In this document: positions 38,805-48,089 of the stretch, piece after piece | Layout: each line of letters opens with the position of its first letter | How positions within the stretch are numbered: position 1 is the first letter of the stretch | DNA from: Bacteroidetes bacterium UBA3022 | Lineage (GTDB): Bacteria; Bacteroidota; Bacteroidia; Chitinophagales; BACL12 | Direction: 5' to 3' | NCBI GenBank assembly: GCA_002346225.1 | Contig: DDYY01000079.1 | Span: 4,394-68,393 of the forward strand | Length of the DNA: 64,000 bases | The notes under the pieces: generated by a model | The model's input: the letters and a program-made list of their open reading frames with translations, nothing else | Database searches by the model: none | What the model was told of the DNA's origin: nothing | Program-made: the position numbers and the translations under genes

Positions 38805-39353
38805 TTAAATCTTGCGCAGGTAAGTTGCTATCTTTTTCACTGCGTGGTGGTAACTGGCTTTCAAGGCTCCTATGGAAGTACCCAGAATCTGTTCAATTTC
38901 CTCATACTTTAATTCGTCATAATAGCGCATGATAAAGACTTGCCTTTGTTTGTCAGGCAACTGGGCGATGGCTGCTTCCAAATGCACCAGGATGGCATGG
39001 CTGTCGCGAGTGGCAGACATTGCCTGCTCTGCGGTCATAACAGGATCCGCCTGAACTTCCTGCTGCCGGACAGGTATGCGCTGTTGCTTGCGCAAAAAAC
39101 TCAGTGTTTCGTTGGCTGTAATGCGGTAAATCCAGGAATAAAGACCAGCGTCTCCTCTGAACTCACTTAGGTTGTTCCAGATTTTAATGAAGATATCCTG
39201 AGTAAGGTCATTGGCATCTTCATGCTCCTGTACCATGCGGCGGACATGCCAGTAAATACGTTTGCTGTACCTCGAAACCAGGAGATTAAATGCCTGCTCT
39301 TTTTGTAGGGGCTTTTTAAAAGCTTCCAGAATTTCGTCGTCCGTCCACTCCAT
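38805..39353 (-). CDS. ECF-type RNA polymerase sigma-70 family factor
   Basis: Region 2 (DLTQDIFIKIWNNLSEFRG...YSWIYRITANE) and region 4 (LPDKQRQVFIMRYYDELKYEEIEQILGTSIGALKASYHHAVKKI) are both present. Confidence 0.85.
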   Translation of the reverse strand: MEWTDDEILEAFKKPLQKEQAFNLLVSRYSKRIYWHVRRMVQEHEDANDLTQDIFIKIWNNLSEFRGDAGLYSWIYRITANETLSFLRKQQRIPVRQQEVQADPVMTAEQAMSATRDSHAILVHLEAAIAQLPDKQRQVFIMRYYDELKYEEIEQILGTSIGALKASYHHAVKKIATYLRKI

Positions 39354-39386
39354 AATATTGTGTGGTGCCGTCCCGTGTCCTGTCCG

Positions 39387-40340
39387 TTATTTTCGGCTGA
39401 GTACTTTTAAAGCTGCTGCTGTCACATGGCTTGCTCCGAGTCCGTATTTTTCCAGCAAAGCATCACTTGTACCGCTTTCGCCGAAAGAATCCTGCACAGC
39501 AACAAACTCCAATGGAACCGGGCAGCCTTCGGCAGTAACCTGCGCTATAGCGCTTCCCAATCCCCCCAACCGCTGATGTTCCTCAGCAATCACAGCACAA
39601 CGGGTCTTTTGCACACTCTCTATGACGGCTTGAATATCCAAAGGTTTAATGGTGTGAATATTAATCACCTCTGCACTAACACCTTTATCTTGCAATTGCG
39701 CGGCAGCCTCAATTGCCTTCAACACCATATGGCCGGTAGCGAAAATGCTTACATCTGTCCCCGACTGTATATGCCAGGCCTTTCCAATAGTGAATTCCTG
39801 ATTCTCCGGAGTAAACACAGGCCATTTAGGTCGGCCGAAGCGCAGATAGACCGGACCATCGTGTGCAGCCGCAGCTATCGTTGCTGCCTTGGTTTGATTG
39901 TAATCGCATGGATTGATAACTGTAAAGCCGGGAAGCATTTGCATTAAACCGATATCCTCCAGAATCTGGTGTGTGGCTCCATCTTCGCCAAGGGTAAGAC
40001 CGGCATGCGAAGCTGCAATTTTCACATTCTTACCGGAATAGGCAATAGACTGACGGATCTGGTCATAGACGCGACCTGTGGCAAAGTTGGCAAAGGTACA
40101 GGCAAAGGGAATTTTACCTCCAATTGTAAGCCCGGCAGCAATGCCCATCATATTGGCTTCTGCGATTCCTGTCTGGAAAAAGCGCTCCGGGTTTTCCTCA
40201 ATGAATTTTTCCAGCTTGAGGGATCCGATTAGATCAGCGCATAATGCCACGACATCGGGATTGGTTCTTCCCAATTCTGCCATTCCGGCACCAAATCCTG
40301 AACGGGTGTCTTTTTTGTTGGAGTAGTCTACCTGTATCAA
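39387..40340 (-). CDS. transketolase, C-terminal (pyrimidine-binding plus C-terminal domain) subunit
   Basis: 317 aa. Contains TRSGFGAGMAELG, IAEANMMGIAAGL and GEDGATHQ. TTG start. Confidence 0.9.
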   Translation of the reverse strand: MIQVDYSNKKDTRSGFGAGMAELGRTNPDVVALCADLIGSLKLEKFIEENPERFFQTGIAEANMMGIAAGLTIGGKIPFACTFANFATGRVYDQIRQSIAYSGKNVKIAASHAGLTLGEDGATHQILEDIGLMQMLPGFTVINPCDYNQTKAATIAAAAHDGPVYLRFGRPKWPVFTPENQEFTIGKAWHIQSGTDVSIFATGHMVLKAIEAAAQLQDKGVSAEVINIHTIKPLDIQAVIESVQKTRCAVIAEEHQRLGGLGSAIAQVTAEGCPVPLEFVAVQDSFGESGTSDALLEKYGLGASHVTAAALKVLSRK

Positions 40341-40343
40341 TGC

Positions 40344-41711
40344 TTATAGTTTTATAGTTAATGTTCGTCCGCTTACCACTTCAAAAATCTGTTCCTGGGT
40401 GGCTGACATGGAACGCAAATTCTTATATCTGTATATCACTTTATAAGTTCCTGGTTGCAGGGCCAGTGTTTCCCTGTTACCATCGCCAGCCAATTCATAA
40501 ATCTCTGTCCACGCATTGCCATCCGGGGCATAAATTCCACCCTTAATATCTGCTGAGCGCTGGAAAGTTACAGTGCCCGGTGCAGGAATCTCAATGGTAG
40601 TAGTTTTATTCTGCTCAATAACTACCCCTTCAGCAATGATTACAGGCAAAGTTAAAATTTCGATTTTGTAATTCCCGAGCAAGTATTGCACCACTTCATT
40701 GCTGTTTTGCACATGCACAAAGTCCTGGTCTTTCGAAACAACGCAATTTATTCTGCTCTTGAATGAATCACCCCGTACTTTGACACGCAGGCTGCCCTGA
40801 GGGGCAGGCTTCTCCACTACATTGTATTTGAAGGGTGTGACAGTAATATTATTTTTCCAAACAGGGGGATAGGTATGCACCTGCATGTTGTAGTTCACAT
40901 TTGGATCTACGGCAAGTGTATCGGGATTGCCTAATGGATTAATGGTATGGTAATAGTTGTACTTAACCTTGTTGTTTTCAGAATCGTAAAAACTCATCAC
41001 CACGTCGGTTTCGCTGGCTTTTTGATAGCTATCCAGTAAATCCACCCGCACTGTGGTTGAATTGAACACCTTTTTTAGGGTTAGCTCCAGAATATCATCA
41101 ATACCGGATGGGTTATCGATATTCATGAAGTCGCCCATGCACTCAAACTGAGAAAAATCTTCTTCTTCTATACCCAGTCCGATAACATAGGACTTCATAA
41201 CCACTCCTTTCATCCGCAACTCCTCCACAACTTCGCAAGGATTGGAACCACAGGATTCTGCGCCATCTGTAATCAGAACGATTACGTTATGCTGACTGGC
41301 TTTAACTTCTCCAAAGTCCTTAATGCTCTGCTCCAGGGAATAGGCAATAGGGGTAACCCCGTTGGGTCGAAGATAATTCATGGTATTCTTGAAGCGCAAA
41401 GCGTTGCCGGTTCGAAAGGGTACTTCCAGCTTGGAGTCGAAGCAATCATTTTCCATTTGCACCGTCTGATGACCATAGACCCGAAGTGCTGTTTCTACAT
41501 TTTGAATGGTGTTCACACTATCTACCAGCTCTATGAGTATCTGCTTGGCTGCTGTCCATTTAGTTGTGGTACCCCAGGTAGAAAGCATACTGCGTGATGC
41601 ATCCATAATGATCAGCATGCGGATGGTATGCTGCTCTTGTGCCTGTGTAACCTGACGGCCACCCATCAGAGCTAATAAGACCAAAACAATATGGAGGCGG
41701 AATCGCATCAT
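40344..41711 (-). CDS. secreted von Willebrand factor type A (vWA) domain protein, paralog 2
   Basis: Has a signal peptide, MIDAS IIMDASRSM, ITDGAESCG..PC, and a C-terminal beta-rich region of about 220 aa. It aligns along its full length with the upstream paralog. Confidence 0.75.
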   Translation of the reverse strand: MMRFRLHIVLVLLALMGGRQVTQAQEQHTIRMLIIMDASRSMLSTWGTTTKWTAAKQILIELVDSVNTIQNVETALRVYGHQTVQMENDCFDSKLEVPFRTGNALRFKNTMNYLRPNGVTPIAYSLEQSIKDFGEVKASQHNVIVLITDGAESCGSNPCEVVEELRMKGVVMKSYVIGLGIEEEDFSQFECMGDFMNIDNPSGIDDILELTLKKVFNSTTVRVDLLDSYQKASETDVVMSFYDSENNKVKYNYYHTINPLGNPDTLAVDPNVNYNMQVHTYPPVWKNNITVTPFKYNVVEKPAPQGSLRVKVRGDSFKSRINCVVSKDQDFVHVQNSNEVVQYLLGNYKIEILTLPVIIAEGVVIEQNKTTTIEIPAPGTVTFQRSADIKGGIYAPDGNAWTEIYELAGDGNRETLALQPGTYKVIYRYKNLRSMSATQEQIFEVVSGRTLTIKL

Positions 41712-43054
41712 ATTTTCAATACATATGTTTTACCACTCTTCATTTGAACTATTTTCTCCCGGGTGTTCTCTGTCGACTTTCTTGTATTACTCCGGTACAC
41801 GACCGTATATTCACCGGGCAGCAGCTCGATACTAGCTATCTCTTTGTTCAATCCTGATTCCCAAATTTTTTCCAGCTTACCATTGCGCTGGTACAGGATA
41901 GTCACCTGCATATTATCCGTTGCGTTGATAGAAAGTATACCCGACTGATCAATGTCCACCTTATTCACCACAGATGGCCTCATATCATAATCCTCAATGA
42001 ACAGCACCGGAAGGGTTAACACCTCCAGGTCATAGTTTCCGCTAATGTAGGTATGTGTGGTATTCAGATTCTGAACGTAGACAATCTCGCCGGTGGAGGG
42101 ATTTCTTACAATACATTGCTTCTCACTTAACCCAAACTTGCCTTTCTCATATAACTGCAGGTCGCCCTGTGGTGTATTCAAACCGATGATATTGTGCCTT
42201 CCCGGCAGCAACTCCACCCCTTTTCGGGCGACAGGCGGTGTCGTATGGGCAACAATATCGTATTTACCCAAAGGATCTATAAGGAGGGTATCGGGTTCAT
42301 TTTTTGCATTTAGACTGTGTACAAAATGATACCTGACAACTCCCGAAAAAGCATCGTACAGCGTCAGCTCCACATTGGTTTGAGTGGGCTGTCCGAATGC
42401 ATCCAGCAAATTGATTTGTGCGGTGGTATTGTTTAACGCCTGCGAAACCACCACATCCATGGCATTTTTAAATTGAATCGAATCGGTTGCATCATAGTAG
42501 GTTCCTACGCAATCAAACATATTCTTTTCTGCTGCATCTATCCCAATACCAATAATGAAGGGTTTCAGGGTAATCCGCTTATCTGTAAGTGCAGAAGTGC
42601 TGGCACAGGGATCACCTTCGCAATTCTCAATACCATCTGTAATAAGTATAATAGAGTTAATACCCTGGGATGTAAAATCTCCCGCAGCCAGAAACAAAGA
42701 ATAAGCTATGGGAGTATGCCCCTGGGGAGTAATGGATTCCAGCCTTTCAATTATACCTGCTGCGGTATTTTTGCCTATCGGAACCTCCAGTTTCGAATCT
42801 TTGCAGTCTTTGAGTGCGCGCGGACTTTGATGACCGAATACCCTCAGTCCAATTTCCACACTGGGATCGCTGCGCTGAATGCTATCGATGGTTTGACTTA
42901 CCAAATCCTTGGCGAGCAGCCACTTGTTAGTGCCTTTCCAATTGTCCATCATACTGCCACTTCCATCGAGTAGAATCAATATTCTGCGCGTATCGTCCTG
43001 CCCGAAAGCGGCAATCGAACAGCATAGTAATACCAGAAGCAAGTTCTTTTTCAA
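41708..43054 (-). CDS. secreted von Willebrand factor type A (vWA) domain protein, paralog 1
   Basis: Has a signal peptide, MIDAS ILLDGSGSM, ITDGIENCEGDPC, and a C-terminal beta-rich region. Its stop forms an ATGA overlap with the paralog 2 start (41708-41711). Confidence 0.75.
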   Translation of the reverse strand: MKKNLLLVLLCCSIAAFGQDDTRRILILLDGSGSMMDNWKGTNKWLLAKDLVSQTIDSIQRSDPSVEIGLRVFGHQSPRALKDCKDSKLEVPIGKNTAAGIIERLESITPQGHTPIAYSLFLAAGDFTSQGINSIILITDGIENCEGDPCASTSALTDKRITLKPFIIGIGIDAAEKNMFDCVGTYYDATDSIQFKNAMDVVVSQALNNTTAQINLLDAFGQPTQTNVELTLYDAFSGVVRYHFVHSLNAKNEPDTLLIDPLGKYDIVAHTTPPVARKGVELLPGRHNIIGLNTPQGDLQLYEKGKFGLSEKQCIVRNPSTGEIVYVQNLNTTHTYISGNYDLEVLTLPVLFIEDYDMRPSVVNKVDIDQSGILSINATDNMQVTILYQRNGKLEKIWESGLNKEIASIELLPGEYTVVYRSNTRKSTENTREKIVQMKSGKTYVLKI

Positions 43055-43206
43055 GATGGGCTGTCTATGGTTAACGCAATAGTAAATAAAATAATATTGC
43101 TTTTACCCTATCCATCAACAATCATTGTGCCTAATAATAGACGCAGCATGCATTCAGCAATCACCGTAGGTCATTTACCCGGTATTCCACTCTCGGCAGG
43201 AGTATT

Positions 43207-44052
43207 TCAGTAATCTCCCAATGTTTCCGGCAACTGGGCCAGTGCCCTATCTTTCTGCTCATCATTAGGGGCTACTCCATGCCAATGGTGCGTGCCTTCC
43301 ATAAAGTCAACACCCTTGCCCATAGCGGTCCGCATCAGTATCATAACCGGTTTTCCATTACCACTGCGCTGCTTGGCTTCGTTCAGGGCAGCCAGCAATT
43401 GCTCTATATCATTTCCATCGGCACATTCCAGCACATCCCAGCCAAACGCTTCCCATTTGGCGCGCAGATTACCCAAGGATAACACCTGCTCTGTAGGACC
43501 GTCTATTTGCTGACCGTTCAAGTCTATTGAAGAAATCAGATTATCTACCTTATTATGCGCTGCATACATGGCAGCTTCCCATATCTGACCTTCCTGCAAC
43601 TCTCCATCGCCATGCAGACTGTAGACCATCCTGCTATCACCATTGAGTTTTTTGCTCAATGCTGCACCAATGGCAACGCTCATGCCCTGCCCCAGAGAAC
43701 CGCTGGCAACCCGAATGCCGGGCAGGTGCTCATGTGTCGCCGGGTGACCCTGCAATCTGGAGTCAAGCTTGCGAAAAGTAGCTAATTCGCTCACGGGGAA
43801 ATATCCGCTTCTTGCCAGTACACTGTACCACACAGGACTGATATGGCCATTGCTCAGGAAGAAAAGGTCTTCACCCTTACCATCCATTTGAAAACTTTTA
43901 TCATGATGCATAATCTCAAAGTACAGCGCCACCATATACTCGGTGCATCCCAGAGATCCGCCCGGGTGTCCGCTTTGTACGCCATGCGTTTGACGAATAA
44001 TGTCTCTTCTTACCTGCGAGCAGATAGCTTGTAATTCAGAAATTGTAGGCAT
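43207..44052 (-). CDS. transketolase, N-terminal (thiamine-diphosphate-binding) subunit
   Basis: 281 aa. Contains GHPGGSLG, SNGH, and GDGELQEGQIWEA (TPP GDG-x-N class motif). Confidence 0.9.
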   Translation of the reverse strand: MPTISELQAICSQVRRDIIRQTHGVQSGHPGGSLGCTEYMVALYFEIMHHDKSFQMDGKGEDLFFLSNGHISPVWYSVLARSGYFPVSELATFRKLDSRLQGHPATHEHLPGIRVASGSLGQGMSVAIGAALSKKLNGDSRMVYSLHGDGELQEGQIWEAAMYAAHNKVDNLISSIDLNGQQIDGPTEQVLSLGNLRAKWEAFGWDVLECADGNDIEQLLAALNEAKQRSGNGKPVMILMRTAMGKGVDFMEGTHHWHGVAPNDEQKDRALAQLPETLGDY

Positions 44053-44185
44053 ATAGGGTTATTTCTTCCAACAAAAGTACAGATTCATGTCCAACTGAAA
44101 TATGGAATTACTGACAATTCTATGTCTAATTCGGGAACTTGATGGATTATGCCCCTGTTGATGGTCGAAAGATAACCGCCAAAGC

Positions 44186-45070
44186 ATGAAAAACCTGAGC
44201 CTACTTTTTATCAGTTGTTTAGTTCTTTCGAAAGGATTTGCGCAATCGAATGTGCAAACGTACACCCCTAGTGTGCTGCTCGCGGAAGGGCAAACAGAAA
44301 CAGGGCTGTTCAATAATTTCTATACCCAGAAAGGATTCCGCGACGGCAGCGGGGAGTTCGTGGATGTGATGGAGCGACAAACCTATTACACAGGTATTTT
44401 TCAATTCAATTACGGCATCAGCGAGAACGCACGTTTCAATCTCGGATTCGATGTCAATCTGCAGTCAGTTCGCCTCGATCCCGATGCAGAAAGCTCTATG
44501 TTTCGGGTACTTCGTTTTGAGGATGTTCCCTATGCGCGAACGGCTATAACAGGCATCGGCCCAAGAGTGAAGTTTCGGCCAGTAGATAAATGGTCGGGTT
44601 TTTCAGTTTCAAGTGCATTTTGGATTCCGGTGGCAGACAGCATGGAGCAATATCCGTTTCTTGCATGGGATCGTTTTACCTGGTGGAACCAATTCTTCTA
44701 CGACCAGAAACTCACCGAAAACACCCGTCTTTTTGCGGAGACTGATTTACTGTTCCGATTTCCACGTTGCAGCGGACAGTCTACGATTCTCAGCCTGCCT
44801 ACCAGCCTGTTTTTGTCGTGGTTCCCAACAGCAAAGAGCACCATTTATATCATGTCGCAATACAGTCCGGAATTTCAGCGATTAGCAGAGCAACCCGATG
44901 ATGGCTCCTCACAATTCTATTACAACAGTTACTTCCTGCAGGTTGGTGCCGGTGCCAAATACCAGGTAACCCCACATTTACAACTGGAATTTCTCTATAC
45001 CAATTTTGCAGCATCTCAAAATGCAGGAGCAGGTGTTACCTGGAATCTAGGTATCAAATATATTCGATAG
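44186..45070 (+). CDS. outer-membrane beta-barrel protein, hypothetical
   Basis: Has a signal peptide (MKNLSLLFISCLVLSKGFAQ) and alternating aromatic strands. Its stop TAG overlaps the GTG start of the next gene by 1 nt. Confidence 0.5.
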   Translation: MKNLSLLFISCLVLSKGFAQSNVQTYTPSVLLAEGQTETGLFNNFYTQKGFRDGSGEFVDVMERQTYYTGIFQFNYGISENARFNLGFDVNLQSVRLDPDAESSMFRVLRFEDVPYARTAITGIGPRVKFRPVDKWSGFSVSSAFWIPVADSMEQYPFLAWDRFTWWNQFFYDQKLTENTRLFAETDLLFRFPRCSGQSTILSLPTSLFLSWFPTAKSTIYIMSQYSPEFQRLAEQPDDGSSQFYYNSYFLQVGAGAKYQVTPHLQLEFLYTNFAASQNAGAGVTWNLGIKYIR

Positions 45071-46341
45071 TGTTTTCGGCAAAGCATCTATTCCTCTATG
45101 CGATACTCATGTCGGGCACCTTCATGGTTGCCGGACAGACCATCAGTGCCGTAGAATTCACAGGCACAAAAAGGACAAAAGAAGATTTTCTTTACCGATG
45201 GTTAACATCCAAACAAGGAGACAGTCTGCACCATCCCAGTCTTGAAGAAGACCTGAAATTTTTACAGAATCTTTCCATTTTTTCATCTGTAGCATATACA
45301 ATCGAAACAGATACCGGATCCATCAACCAGAATGCAGTTATCACCTTTACGGTGGAAGAGTCCTTAGCGCTACTACCCATTATCGGCATAGGTGGTATTC
45401 AGGAAAATGTAAATATTCAGATTGGATTAGCTGACTATAATGTCGGTGGTCGAACAGGACAGGCGGCATTCATTTATAACTACTATGACAGGCATTCATT
45501 TCAGGCATATCTGCACCAGCGCTACATAAGAACCACCCCATTCGGTATCGCTGCCAACATAGAAAGAAGAGCTACACTGGAGCCCGTATATGTCGATACA
45601 TTCAGTACTACCTACCTGGCTACACGCTGGGTAGTAGAAATGATGCCGGGTATTCATATCAATCGTTTTATTTATGTGCAGGGTGGAGGTGCATGGCTGA
45701 AAGAAACATATACCAACAATAATGACATAGCTATTTTTGATATAGGATTACCGGAGGTTGTTGATACCGAAAAATGGTTATTTAAAATACTGATTACGGC
45801 CGACCGAAGGCAATATGACAGACAACATGTAGGCGGGTGGGTAAGTCAACTGCATGCCGAACACATCAACTCTCCCTTTGACCCTGTCCCCTTTTTCAAA
45901 GTATTCAACGAAAACAAATGGTATGTGCGTGGCGGTGACGGTAACTACGCCGGACGCCTTCGACTGGGTGTAGCCACTAACACCTTCTCTCCTTTCCCAC
46001 CATTTGTTTTGGACAGCTATGTGAACATTCGCGGGGCCGGGAACAGAATTGCGCGTGGCACTGCGGAGGTTGTTTTAAACCAGGAATACAGGTACACGCT
46101 TTACGAAAATAACTGGGGAGCCTTTCAATTAGTGGGCTTCAGCGACCTGGGCACACTGCGACCTGCGGGCGGCACATTCAAAGACATGCTGGATGAAAAC
46201 AATGTAGTATGGCGAACCGGAGCAGGTGGAAGGATCTATATGTCAAGATTCTATCATTTGTTCCTGAGAGCGGACTTTGGATTCAACCCTTTGAAAGGGA
46301 AAGAAAATGGATTCGTCTTAGGACTGGGACAGTACTTTTAA
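45070..46341 (+). CDS. Omp85/BamA-family outer-membrane protein with a single POTRA domain
   Basis: The POTRA-like block is ISAVEFTGTKRTKEDFLYRWLTSKQGDSL...LEEDLKFLQNLSIFSSV. A beta-barrel region follows, ending GFVLGLGQYF (C-terminal Phe). Confidence 0.6.
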   Translation: MFSAKHLFLYAILMSGTFMVAGQTISAVEFTGTKRTKEDFLYRWLTSKQGDSLHHPSLEEDLKFLQNLSIFSSVAYTIETDTGSINQNAVITFTVEESLALLPIIGIGGIQENVNIQIGLADYNVGGRTGQAAFIYNYYDRHSFQAYLHQRYIRTTPFGIAANIERRATLEPVYVDTFSTTYLATRWVVEMMPGIHINRFIYVQGGGAWLKETYTNNNDIAIFDIGLPEVVDTEKWLFKILITADRRQYDRQHVGGWVSQLHAEHINSPFDPVPFFKVFNENKWYVRGGDGNYAGRLRLGVATNTFSPFPPFVLDSYVNIRGAGNRIARGTAEVVLNQEYRYTLYENNWGAFQLVGFSDLGTLRPAGGTFKDMLDENNVVWRTGAGGRIYMSRFYHLFLRADFGFNPLKGKENGFVLGLGQYF

Positions 46342-46412
46342 TCATACATGGTTGGTTGGAGAATGCAACGCAGCCAATTTATTGGTCGTCCTAAATCTAA
46401 GTTCGCTATAAT

Positions 46413-48089
46413 ATGAAAAGAAGAAAATTCCTGGCCAACCTCGGATATGCCGTACCTGGAATATTGCTGGCTCCCGGTTTTATTCAACAGGTGATGGCTG
46501 GTACTTTAACCGGCGGAAATGTAACAATCATAGGCGCAGGAGCTGCCGGATTATATGCCGCAAAAATCCTGTTTGAAGCAGGCTACAGTGTAACTATCCT
46601 GGAAGCTGGAAACCAGCACGGAGGTCGGGTCCGCAAACTCGAAGGCTATGCATCATTTACCATGGAAGCTGGAGCAGAATGGGTACACGGTAAGGGTAAT
46701 AGTGCCGGTGATCCGCCCTCTTTTCTATGGAGTACAATTAATGCATATAACCCTGATTTAATGGAAGAATATAAAGGGTTTCAGGAACTGTATTCGTTAG
46801 ACGATGGCTATGTAATAAGTCCCCCCTACTGGGATGCTGACCTCGAATTTGCCAGTAACTTTTATACTAATATGTACCTCTACGATGGGGAGGATATTTT
46901 GATGAACGACTATCTTGCCAGTCTGGGAATTAACGAAGGAGACCGAACATGGCATTTATATGAAAGTTGGATAGGTTCAGAGTTTGGAACTTCTATCAAA
47001 CGCATCGGAATGAAAAGCATTGCCATCAGTGAGAACTTATGGCTTACCGGTGGTAAAGACTTTATCATCAAAACTCCTTATCTAGACGTTTTGGATGATG
47101 TTTTCTTTAATCCTATTCTTACCTATGTTCAGTACGGCAAGGTTGTGAACCAAATTGACTACTCAGGGGATCAGGTCATTATCAACTGTGAGGATGGATC
47201 GAGCTACTTTTCAGATAGGGTAATTGTAACAGTACCCCTTTCCATCCTTAAAGCAGATGTAATTGCATTCTTACCTGCATTAAGCGTACCAAAACAAAAC
47301 GCCATATCTACAATAGGTATGGATGCCGGAATGAAAATCAATATTCGTTTTTCTGAACGCTTCTGGGGGGAAGACATTTGTGAAATAACGTTGAAGCAGG
47401 AAGGGACATTAGCCTGGGACCCTACCTTTTTTAAACCCGAAGCAACCGATAATATCTTAACATTTTTCGTCATGGGAATTCGGGCTGAGACCTTGAGCGC
47501 CCTTGGAGAAGGAGCTATCACGGTTATACTAGATGAACTTGATGCGCTTTTTGAAGGGGCTGCCAGCGCACTGTACATGGACCATTACATTGTCGATTGG
47601 TTTAAAGAGCCTTACATAAAAGGTGCGTATTCCTATCCATCGCCGAACTCCTATGCTTCCATTACAAATAGCGAACGTATGGTACTGGCTGAACCTGTAG
47701 ATTGCAAACTTTTTTTCGCAGGAGAAGCGACAAGCCACCATCACCCGGCTACCGTTCATGGAGCTCTTGAAAGTGGAGCAAGGGTAGCCTTAGAGGTAAT
47801 GGATTGCCCCATAACAGTTGGAGTTACAACTCCTGAGGCTCTTTCTACGGTAGATTTATATAGTTTCAATAATCAGGCATACTTGACTATAAGACTTGCC
47901 TCATCCACAAATGTGGAATTATATCTGCAAGATTTGCAAAGCAAGAATGTAGCTTCATTATTTATCGGCAGCCTGCAAGCAGGTGAACATAAACACACCA
48001 TCCAACTACCAAAAATATCGAAAGGCATCTATATACTTCATGGACATTTAGGAGAAAAAGTCATCCATCTGAAAGTATGGTTACATTAA
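46413..48089 (+). CDS. flavin-containing amine oxidase with a Tat-like signal and a T9SS-like C-terminal domain
   Basis: MKRRKFLANLG has a twin-arginine pattern. FAD binding site IIGAGAAGLYAA...ILEAGNQHGGRV is present, as is the amine-oxidase C-terminal FFAGEATS. The last ~75 aa (VELYLQDLQSKNV...ISKGIYILHG...HLKVWLH) resemble a T9SS CTD. Confidence 0.8.
   Translation: MKRRKFLANLGYAVPGILLAPGFIQQVMAGTLTGGNVTIIGAGAAGLYAAKILFEAGYSVTILEAGNQHGGRVRKLEGYASFTMEAGAEWVHGKGNSAGDPPSFLWSTINAYNPDLMEEYKGFQELYSLDDGYVISPPYWDADLEFASNFYTNMYLYDGEDILMNDYLASLGINEGDRTWHLYESWIGSEFGTSIKRIGMKSIAISENLWLTGGKDFIIKTPYLDVLDDVFFNPILTYVQYGKVVNQIDYSGDQVIINCEDGSSYFSDRVIVTVPLSILKADVIAFLPALSVPKQNAISTIGMDAGMKINIRFSERFWGEDICEITLKQEGTLAWDPTFFKPEATDNILTFFVMGIRAETLSALGEGAITVILDELDALFEGAASALYMDHYIVDWFKEPYIKGAYSYPSPNSYASITNSERMVLAEPVDCKLFFAGEATSHHHPATVHGALESGARVALEVMDCPITVGVTTPEALSTVDLYSFNNQAYLTIRLASSTNVELYLQDLQSKNVASLFIGSLQAGEHKHTIQLPKISKGIYILHGHLGEKVIHLKVWLH

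Noticed and set aside
48086-48089. Convergent genes sharing palindromic stop codons: TTAA for the amine oxidase and uvrB, CTAG at 4123-4126 for the VOC and DinB-like genes, and a 6-nt overlap at 50671-50676.
   Set aside because: These are real but common consequences of compact genomes. There is no additional structure or conserved motif around them.
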